Shown: piece by piece, positions 56,539-64,000 of the stretch
Numbering within the stretch: the stretch's first letter is position 1
Layout: each line of letters opens with the position of its first letter
Assembly (NCBI GenBank): GCA_964424455.1
Contig: CAYRJA010000002.1
Span: 7,236 to 71,235, forward strand
Direction: 5' to 3'
DNA: 64,000 bases
Source: an uncultured Bifidobacteriaceae bacterium
Lineage (GTDB): Bacteria; Bacteroidota; Bacteroidia; Chitinophagales; UBA10324
Translations under genes and position numbers: made by a program
Notes under the pieces: generated by a model
The model's input: the letters and a program-made list of their open reading frames with translations, nothing else
Database searches by the model: none
Told to the model about the DNA's origin: nothing

Positions 56539-57861
56539 TTACCATCTTACACTTATCCGCGTAAATGCAGAAACGGAACTGAAAGCGTTGGGTGCAATAA
56601 ACCCCAGCACATCTTCCGAGCCAATGGAGAAAAACAATTTATCGCTGATAACTTTTGATAGCGCCACACCTGCATTAAATACCTGTGTGCCGCCGCCATA
56701 CAACATTATTGCCGGCTGAATAAATTTTGGTTTGAGCATACTGAAAGAAACAAAAAACATAGGCAGTATGTCAAAGGCGGGCTTGTATCGGAAACCAGCC
56801 CGCAGTTCTGCCTGGTTTTGCCATAGAGATGCAGTGTAACACATTCCGATTTTCATAGGCAAATGTGTAGTAAACTGCCGTTCTCTGGTTTTCACGCCCA
56901 TTAAACTGAGGACAGAATCTTTATCAATATTAAGGAAGGAAGTATCTTTAAAAGAGAACAGATTATTGATTTCAATACCTTCAAAATGAATGGAAGAGTC
57001 TTGCAAATAATGCAATGATTTATTATTCCATTGAATGAAGCCGGCATCATTGATTATAAACTTAAAGTTTCCCTTTGCGCCCATTGGAAAGGAAAGAACA
57101 AGGTCTGCTGAAGCGCCGGTTCCGTTGAAGGCAAGTAAAGTTTTATCCGTAGTGTTACTTTGCGAATAAAGAAACCTGGAATCCAAATCAAGATATTCTC
57201 CATTCTGTTCCGTAAACAGACTGCTAATTCCCGTAGTCAGGTGATTAGCATTTATTCCCTGTAACAGCGAGGCGCTTAATGATAGAGTCCATGACGAGTC
57301 AGCACTACCGAACCTTTTCAGCCATGTAAATTTTAATTGACGGAAACGGATATTGAGTAGTCCCGTACCAGTAAAGAAAGCGGAATCGCCTGCATACATG
57401 GCATTACCGTAAAAAACAGTATTGAATGCATCACGGGTAAACCGTAATTCTGTTACAGAGCGCTCGCTCAGTGAAACCCCGGTTACACATTTTCTGAAAA
57501 AAGATGAATCGCCCCAGTAATGATACCAGCTCAGCGAAGCAATGTAACTGTATTCATAGTGATTCATTCCCTTCAGCCGTTTGCTTGCAATGGATTTTAA
57601 ATTATCATCAATAAAATGTTTCTGTAAAATATTTTTACTGAATGAAACCGGAACAACTCCGGAGCGGGTGTATGCGCTTCCCGCTATTCTTAAAATATTA
57701 TCTCCCGGATTTTGCAAGTATGAATCACCGAACGACTGAAGGGAAACAATTTCTTCGCTGTTCAGATGAAACATTTCCTGATTAGTGCTTTGTGCCTGAG
57801 TATCACACAGGAAAAACAGAAAAAAAATAACAATGCTGAATTTTATTCCGGCTGATTTCAT
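56539..57861 (-). CDS. putative outer-membrane beta-barrel protein, unknown family
   Basis: Signal peptide (IVIFFLFFLCDTQAQ). 440 aa of beta-rich sequence ending ...RISVRW. Its start overlaps the upstream gene's stop (ATGA, 57858-57861). Confidence 0.4.
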   Translation of the reverse strand: MKSAGIKFSIVIFFLFFLCDTQAQSTNQEMFHLNSEEIVSLQSFGDSYLQNPGDNILRIAGSAYTRSGVVPVSFSKNILQKHFIDDNLKSIASKRLKGMNHYEYSYIASLSWYHYWGDSSFFRKCVTGVSLSERSVTELRFTRDAFNTVFYGNAMYAGDSAFFTGTGLLNIRFRQLKFTWLKRFGSADSSWTLSLSASLLQGINANHLTTGISSLFTEQNGEYLDLDSRFLYSQSNTTDKTLLAFNGTGASADLVLSFPMGAKGNFKFIINDAGFIQWNNKSLHYLQDSSIHFEGIEINNLFSFKDTSFLNIDKDSVLSLMGVKTRERQFTTHLPMKIGMCYTASLWQNQAELRAGFRYKPAFDILPMFFVSFSMLKPKFIQPAIMLYGGGTQVFNAGVALSKVISDKLFFSIGSEDVLGFIAPNAFSSVSAFTRISVRW

Positions 57862-59999
57862 CTCCCAGTATAATAAGTGAATTTGCCGGTCAACTTTACT
57901 TCCATCTTGTAATTGCTGTAAATTTTTTGATAGCTGTTACAGTTGTTATTGCCTGATGTATTCAGTACAGCCAATACAACTGCTTTTTTCGCATTGCGGA
58001 TTCGGTTCATCTTGTTATCATCTACCGGAATCTGAATCACACTCTTTGATACAGTTGAAACATGACAATTATTATCCAATATTCCGGCAGCAATTTCGTG
58101 TGGAGCCGCCATCAGCGAATCAATCAAAACGCCATAGTCATCATACAGAAACACCTGCATATTCGCTTTCAGCGGAAAACCATTTTCAGCTATCAGATTG
58201 AAAATACCATTCTTGATGGATGAACTTCCGTTGGAGTTAGTACTTCCTAAATTAAAATCCACAGTATCCGCAAACATAAGTTTGTTTGCTATAAGCGAAA
58301 GAGGAACAGACAAATCAAGTGATACATTCAGCGGGCTGTTATAGTAGGCAAAGTCACTATAGTTGTGACTATTGCCGGAAGGATTAATGAATACATCCAA
58401 TTTGTATTTCAGTTTATCCGGCAGATTTTCAATCAATGATTTGATATTTGAATTTGTGTTATCGAGATGAAAATTGGTGACGGAAGGAGCAAGGGGGAAG
58501 TCAGTGGCACGTACAATAGAAAGCGGTTGATTGACAATGGAACTTCCGGTAAGTGTTACAGTTGAGTTCCGGGACGAATTGACTGATGATAAATCATAAA
58601 GAATAATCCGCCCATCGGCGCCCACTCCATTTTCTATTCCCAGATCAACCGAAACCTTTTCCAATGCCAGCGATCCGCTTTTTATCTTTTTGAACAAATC
58701 AAAACTCTGCTCATCGGGACCAACTGTTACAATTTGCTGACCGAGATAGCCCTCTGTATAGTCGGGCACAATATCCACTAATCCATAATCAATATACACA
58801 CTGTCGCTGGTAGAAAGACTGACTTCCCTCCCGGTGGAATCAATCCGGGCAGTTACATGACTGACAAATGTGTTGTACAGATTTCCACTGATACCTTTTA
58901 AGCTAAGCGTGTAACCCGATAAATCATAACTACGATTACTTACTGTAACACCATTCGGCGGAGCAGGAGGCAATACCGTCTTTGCAAACATTGGTTTTCC
59001 GTTTGCATCTATTGCACCGGGCAGCGAGTAATCAAACTTTGAAGTATCGGCAATTGAACTCCGGATAGTAACTACCATTTTTCCACTCTTTATTTTCAGC
59101 AGATTTAACTTTGCCCCGCCACTCAGGACATAGGTAGTTTCATTGTTCTGATCAATTAAATTTTGAGAAGGGAAAACAGCGGTTGCAGATTCTACAATCA
59201 GATCATGTGCCTGCATTGTGGCTGTAAGTGCATTTGAAGTATCAATCAGTACAGAAGAACTTCCGCTGCCTGAACTTTCCAGATTAACGATGGTGGCAAC
59301 CAACTGCCCTTCCATTGTTTTTCCACTTAAGTCAATCTGTTTCGTTTGTGAGGTGTGAGGCAAAATATTCAAAAATGTCTGAGTGGAAATAATTTCTTTA
59401 CTCACTTTATTCTTAATCTGAAACACCAATTTGTCAATTGGAATTGGAAATCCGTTATCAATTTTCATATCAATAAAACCGGACTTCAGTGTTGCCGTTT
59501 TAAAAAATTTAGTGGCATCAATATCATTGTCACCGGAAGAAATGGGCGGAAAAGAAGGGATAGGAGAATAAGTACTGTTCGCCTCAATAATTGCATTACC
59601 AATAAACGCATTAACGCCGCCCGACTGAATCAACTGATGACAAAGTTCACCGAGTGAAATAGGATAAACAATAGATTGATCAGCCAATTCAAGGTTGACA
59701 ACACTATAACTTGCTTTGATAGTAGTATCAGGAATTTTAAAAGTTCGATCGGCAGGTGAGAAACCATAAAGATTCTGACTGTAAACAATCCTCAGCGAAC
59801 TATCAGTTTCAGATTGAAGTAATGTATCGTTTACTAAACTGCTCAGATCAAGAGTTGATTTTATAAGAGGAGTAAGCAGCGTGGTATTCCACCCTTCATT
59901 CAGATCATTGGATTTTCGGCATGACGAAAAAAGGAAAAAGAAGGTGCAAAAAATAATTGTACCCCTAAGTATTGCGTTCATCTTTTTCTTATTCATCAA
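57858..59999 (-). CDS. large lipoprotein, unknown family
   Basis: Lipobox FLFSSC. 713 aa, Ser/Asn/Thr-rich beta sequence. I recognise no catalytic motif. Confidence 0.4.
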   Translation of the reverse strand: MMNKKKMNAILRGTIIFCTFFFLFSSCRKSNDLNEGWNTTLLTPLIKSTLDLSSLVNDTLLQSETDSSLRIVYSQNLYGFSPADRTFKIPDTTIKASYSVVNLELADQSIVYPISLGELCHQLIQSGGVNAFIGNAIIEANSTYSPIPSFPPISSGDNDIDATKFFKTATLKSGFIDMKIDNGFPIPIDKLVFQIKNKVSKEIISTQTFLNILPHTSQTKQIDLSGKTMEGQLVATIVNLESSGSGSSSVLIDTSNALTATMQAHDLIVESATAVFPSQNLIDQNNETTYVLSGGAKLNLLKIKSGKMVVTIRSSIADTSKFDYSLPGAIDANGKPMFAKTVLPPAPPNGVTVSNRSYDLSGYTLSLKGISGNLYNTFVSHVTARIDSTGREVSLSTSDSVYIDYGLVDIVPDYTEGYLGQQIVTVGPDEQSFDLFKKIKSGSLALEKVSVDLGIENGVGADGRIILYDLSSVNSSRNSTVTLTGSSIVNQPLSIVRATDFPLAPSVTNFHLDNTNSNIKSLIENLPDKLKYKLDVFINPSGNSHNYSDFAYYNSPLNVSLDLSVPLSLIANKLMFADTVDFNLGSTNSNGSSSIKNGIFNLIAENGFPLKANMQVFLYDDYGVLIDSLMAAPHEIAAGILDNNCHVSTVSKSVIQIPVDDNKMNRIRNAKKAVVLAVLNTSGNNNCNSYQKIYSNYKMEVKLTGKFTYYTGR

Positions 60000-60119
60000 T
60001 TAAAATAAAAAAGGATTCACCTTCATTTTCGGAGTGAAAAGTAGAATAAAAATAATGGGAAATAAAATAAACCTGCCGGAATCCTGATGGTGATAATATT
60101 ATTGAGAAAATTCTTTTAA

Positions 60120-60365
60120 TCAACTCTCCATTTCCAAAGCAAGTTGCTCCACTTCAATTGCAAATTCCCAAAATAATTTTGACAACAAATCATCAAACTC
60201 ATTGAGATAGGAGCTACTCATTTCCTTTAACATAGGGTAATGATTAAATGCAATTTTTTTAATTGCTTCTTCAACTTCATTCTGAAATTGCTCAAACAGA
60301 TGAGAGTTTTTTTCTGCCTCTATTTTTAACAGAGTCAGTTTTTCTAAATCTTTCCGGGTAATCAT
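60120..60365 (-). CDS. small helical hypothetical protein
   Basis: 81-aa ORF, acidic and helical. No neighbour context. Weak support. Confidence 0.3.
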   Translation of the reverse strand: MITRKDLEKLTLLKIEAEKNSHLFEQFQNEVEEAIKKIAFNHYPMLKEMSSSYLNEFDDLLSKLFWEFAIEVEQLALEMES

Positions 60366-60508
60366 GGCAGTGGTTGGGTTTGGTCAATGTAACTATGAAT
60401 TTTGATAGTGAAAAATACAAATCAAATTTCAAACAAAGAAATGATAATTTCTCTGCTGTGGAAATGTATGAGAAATGTGATTCACCACTGTGCTTATGTT
60501 GTCTTTAT

Positions 60509-60516
60509 TATCTTTG
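60509..60516 (+). promoter_or_regulatory. candidate -7 box (TAnnTTTG)
   Basis: TATCTTTG lies 25 nt upstream of ATG 60541. Confidence 0.3.
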
Positions 60517-60540
60517 AACAATTCATATAATATATTTCCT

Positions 60541-61950
60541 ATGCAGATAAAATTTTGCGGCGCGGCACGAACTGTAACAGGCAGCTCTCATCTTATCACT
60601 CTTGACGACGGATATAAAATCTTACTCGATTGCGGATTGTTTCAGGGTAAGCAGGCTTATATTGACGAGCTCAACCAGCAGTTTCTTTTTGATCCTAAAG
60701 AAATTAATTGCCTGATTCTTTCTCATGCACATATTGACCATTCCGGCCGGATTCCCAAACTGGTAAAGGAAGGTTTTCGGGGAGAAATTTTCTGTACGAC
60801 AGCAACCAACGATTTATCAAAAATCATGTTGCTTGACAGTGCGCACATTCAGGAAAAAGATACCGAGTTTCATAATAAGCGCCGTGCAAAAAAAGGATTG
60901 CCCCCGCTTAATCCGCTTTATGAAGCCCAGGATGCAGAGCAGGCGCTCAGGAAATTTGTATCGGTAAATTATGAAGAATGGTTTCCGGTTCGTGAAGATG
61001 TTTCTGTACGGATTCGTGATAACGGACATATTCTTGGCAGCGGAAGTGTTACACTAAAAATCAAACGAAGCAATGGAAGAGAAGTATCCATAGCTTTTAC
61101 AGGCGATATTGGCCGTCCCGACCGCCCGATTCTGAAAGATCCTGCACAAATGGATGATGCAGATTATCTTATCAGCGAGTCCACTTACGGAGGTCGTCTG
61201 CACGAGAAATTTCCTGATGATAAAGACCATCTCTATAAAGTGGTGAAAGAAACCTGCATAGACCGGAAAGGAAAAATTATTATTCCATCATTCAGTATCG
61301 GGCGTACGCAGGAAATCGTTTATATGCTTGACCAACTCGAACACATGGGAAAGCTAAACCATATTCCGGTTTTCGTGGACAGCCCGCTTTCAACCAATGC
61401 TACTGAAATTTACCGCAACCATCCTGAATGTTTCGATGAGGAAATCAGAAACTATATGAAGAAAGAGTCGAATCCATTTGGTTTTAATAACCTTCAATAT
61501 ATCACAGAAGTAGAACAATCGAAACAACTTAATTCATTGAAAGAACCGGCAATAATTATTTCTGCTTCAGGCATGGCAGAAGCCGGAAGAATTATTCATC
61601 ACATTTCCAACAATGTTGAAAATCCGGATAACACGATTTTAATCGTAGGATACTGCGCAGAAGGCACTTTGGGATGGAGATTAAGAACAGGAATGAAAGA
61701 GATTAAGATTTTTGGAGAAGAGAAAAAAGTGAAAGCACAGATTGCAGTGATGGATTCATTCAGCGCACACGGTGACCAGAAAGAAATGCTTTCATTCCTC
61801 GACAATCTTGACCGCTCGCGACTGAAACAAACATTTCTGGTTCATGGCGAATATGAGGATGGGCAGTTGCCCTTTAAAGCCGTACTTGAAAAAAACAGAT
61901 TTCAAAATATTTCAATTCCCCAGAAAGGAGAAGTGATTACTATTGACTAA
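60541..61950 (+). CDS. MBL-fold beta-CASP hydrolase (RNA-metabolising, CPSF/RNase J-like)
   Basis: MQIKFCGAARTVTGS start, HxHxDH (LSHAHIDHSG), and a C-terminal SAHGD motif typical of beta-CASP. The track start at 60490 was trimmed to ATG 60541. Confidence 0.8.
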   Translation: MQIKFCGAARTVTGSSHLITLDDGYKILLDCGLFQGKQAYIDELNQQFLFDPKEINCLILSHAHIDHSGRIPKLVKEGFRGEIFCTTATNDLSKIMLLDSAHIQEKDTEFHNKRRAKKGLPPLNPLYEAQDAEQALRKFVSVNYEEWFPVREDVSVRIRDNGHILGSGSVTLKIKRSNGREVSIAFTGDIGRPDRPILKDPAQMDDADYLISESTYGGRLHEKFPDDKDHLYKVVKETCIDRKGKIIIPSFSIGRTQEIVYMLDQLEHMGKLNHIPVFVDSPLSTNATEIYRNHPECFDEEIRNYMKKESNPFGFNNLQYITEVEQSKQLNSLKEPAIIISASGMAEAGRIIHHISNNVENPDNTILIVGYCAEGTLGWRLRTGMKEIKIFGEEKKVKAQIAVMDSFSAHGDQKEMLSFLDNLDRSRLKQTFLVHGEYEDGQLPFKAVLEKNRFQNISIPQKGEVITID

Positions 61951-61970
61951 ACTTTATTCGTTCTGCTTAT

Positions 61971-61978
61971 TATCTTTG
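61971..61978 (+). promoter_or_regulatory. candidate -7 box (TAnnTTTG)
   Basis: TATCTTTG lies 46 nt upstream of the carA ATG. Confidence 0.3.
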
Positions 61979-62023
61979 CACTTTAGTAATTGCTCTGACA
62001 TTTTACGGAGCATTATATAAAAA

Positions 62024-63118
62024 ATGAGTCAAAGAAATCCCGCATTATTACTCCTCGAAGACGGAACTATCTATCAAGGACTTGCAGGCGGCAAAATCGG
62101 CACAAGCGTTGGAGAAATCTGCTTTAGCACAGGCAACACAGGTTATCAGGAAATTTTTACAGATCCATCGTTCTTCGGTCAGTTGTTAGTTACCACACAT
62201 GTACACATCGGTAACTATGGAATCAAGGATGAAGAAGCGGAGAGTGAATCTATCAAAATTGCCGGGCTTATATGCAAAAACTTTAATGTTGCTTATTCGC
62301 GTAAGTTAGCTCAAAAGTCAATCGAAGATTATTTCATTGAGCAAAATAAAGTAGCAATAAGTGGAATAGATACTCGCGCTTTGGTGCGTCATATCCGTAA
62401 TAAAGGAGCTATGAATGCCATTATCAGTTCAGAAATTACAGATATAAATGAACTGAAAAAGAAGCTTTCAAAAGTTCCTTCTATGGCAGGATTAGAACTG
62501 TCAAGTAAGGTAAGTACTGTTGCACCCTATTATGTGGGAGAACCATCTGCACCGTTAAAAATTGCTGTGCTTGATTTAGGAGTAAAGAAAAATATCCTGC
62601 GCTGCTTTTCGGAAAGAGGAGCTTATCTGAAAATTTTTCCTGCAAAAACTTCTTTTAAAGAAATGGCAGAATGGCAACCGCATGGTTATTTTATTTCCAA
62701 TGGACCGGGTGATCCATCAGCTATGTCTTACGCATTGCAAACGGTAAAAGATATTCTGAATGAAGAGAAACCATTTTTTGGAATTTGTCTCGGACATCAG
62801 TTACTCGCTATTGCGAATGGAATCGGCACTTACAAAATGCACCATGGGCACAGAGGCATAAATCATCCGGTGAAAAATATTGTAACAGGTCGTTGTGAGA
62901 TTACATGTCAGAATCACGGATTTGGTATAAATGAAGAAGATGTGAAAAAGAGTAAGAGCGTAGAAGCAACACACATCAACCTGAACGACAACAGCATTGA
63001 GGGAATACGACTGAAAAATAAAAAGGCATTTTCAGTTCAATATCATCCTGAATCTTCTCCCGGTCCGCACGACAGCCGGTATTTGTTTGATGACTTTTTG
63101 AAAATGATAAATAATTAA
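62024..63118 (+). CDS. carA: carbamoyl-phosphate synthase small (glutaminase) subunit
   Basis: 364 aa with the class-I GATase catalytic Cys in FGICLGHQLL and the HGHRG.NHPV motif. Confidence 0.95.
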   Translation: MSQRNPALLLLEDGTIYQGLAGGKIGTSVGEICFSTGNTGYQEIFTDPSFFGQLLVTTHVHIGNYGIKDEEAESESIKIAGLICKNFNVAYSRKLAQKSIEDYFIEQNKVAISGIDTRALVRHIRNKGAMNAIISSEITDINELKKKLSKVPSMAGLELSSKVSTVAPYYVGEPSAPLKIAVLDLGVKKNILRCFSERGAYLKIFPAKTSFKEMAEWQPHGYFISNGPGDPSAMSYALQTVKDILNEEKPFFGICLGHQLLAIANGIGTYKMHHGHRGINHPVKNIVTGRCEITCQNHGFGINEEDVKKSKSVEATHINLNDNSIEGIRLKNKKAFSVQYHPESSPGPHDSRYLFDDFLKMINN

Positions 63119-63124
63119 TTTACT

Positions 63125-63150
63125 CACCACAGAGGCACAAAGACACAGAG
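63125..63150. repeat. left inverted repeat of the GxxExxY cassette
   Basis: CACCACAGAGGCACAAAGACACAGAG. Confidence 0.85.
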
Positions 63151-63163
63151 ATATTTTTCTCAA

Positions 63164-63553
63164 ATGACACAAGAAGAAAGAAATAGAATTACTAAAGACA
63201 TTCTTGATGCCTCTATAGAAGTACACAGAAACCTGGGACCAGGATTGCTTGAATCTGTTTATGAAGTGTGTCTTTGCAAAGAATTGTTGATGAGGAAAAG
63301 AAATTTCCTTCGACAGGTAGCTCTTCCTGTTGTTTACAAAGAAGAAAGTTTAGATTTAGATTTCAGAATTGATATTCTTGTCGAAGAAGAAATAGTTATA
63401 GAATTAAAAGCTGTTGACGCATTATTACCTGTTCATGAAGCACAAATTTTAACCTATCTAAAACTGTCAGACAAAAGGATAGGACTTCTAATAAACTTTA
63501 ATGTTCCAAAACTTATTGATGGATTTAAACGGATAATCAATGGCTACGATTAA
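63164..63553 (+). CDS. GxxExxY protein (PD-(D/E)xK nuclease-fold family)
   Basis: GPGLLESVY gives the G-x-x-E-x-x-Y signature, with D...E.K-like residues later (DILVEEEIVIELK). 129 aa. Confidence 0.8.
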   Translation: MTQEERNRITKDILDASIEVHRNLGPGLLESVYEVCLCKELLMRKRNFLRQVALPVVYKEESLDLDFRIDILVEEEIVIELKAVDALLPVHEAQILTYLKLSDKRIGLLINFNVPKLIDGFKRIINGYD

Positions 63554-63579
63554 CTCTGTGCCTTTGTGCCTCTGTGGTG
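63554..63579. repeat. right inverted repeat of the GxxExxY cassette
   Basis: CTCTGTGCCTTTGTGCCTCTGTGGTG. Its reverse complement differs from the left repeat at one position. It starts directly after the stop codon. Confidence 0.85.
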
Positions 63580-63603
63580 CTCCCATAAAACATAAAACTT
63601 TAA

Positions 63604-64000
<397 letters not shown>

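Larger units (their letters stand above)
63125..63579. mobile_element. inverted-repeat-bounded cassette carrying a GxxExxY gene (candidate small selfish insertion)
   Basis: 26-nt terminal inverted repeats, 25/26 complementary, enclose a single 129-aa ORF. The cassette lies between carA (stop 63118) and eno (start 63607). Confidence 0.4.

Overview
This is a 64-kb chromosomal segment from a Bacteroidota-type genome. The assignment rests on gldF/gldG, five proteins with T9SS C-terminal sorting domains, a PorP/SprF gene, a murF-alr fusion and TAnnTTTG -7 boxes. It is AT-rich by eye; I did not compute GC content. I call about 55 protein genes, mostly housekeeping: the mreBCD-mrdA-rodA operon, uvrA, gatA, pheT, zapA, carA, eno, nth, deoC, folB, corA, recX and tatA. 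I found no rRNA, tRNA, CRISPR array, transposase or integrase.

The strongest signal is not a gene. A quasi-palindromic word, TGTWACA (extended form CTGTWACAG), occurs about 100 times. That is roughly one copy per 640 bp, in all reading frames, on both strands and in spacers. In one place an inverted pair of the word forms a terminator. This resembles a highly iterated palindrome such as cyanobacterial HIP1, or an uptake-signal-like element, which I do not know from this phylum.

A 5.4-kb Type III restriction-modification island (HTH, mod, res and an unknown 141-aa ORF) is nearly free of the word and therefore looks recently acquired.

Other items worth a second look:
- a structured hairpin repeat family with compensatory and G:U-compatible substitutions, bracketing a T9SS cargo gene
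- an adjacent ORF-free 0.8-kb region with a 204-bp tandem duplication
- an orphan beta-class DNA methyltransferase translationally coupled to gldG
- a Met/His-rich outer-membrane barrel plus an MbnP-like lipoprotein, a putative copper module
- a GxxExxY nuclease-fold gene enclosed by 26-bp inverted repeats between carA and eno
- a translationally coupled lipoprotein and beta-barrel pair of unknown function

All family assignments come from motifs read in the translations and from memory. No database search was possible.
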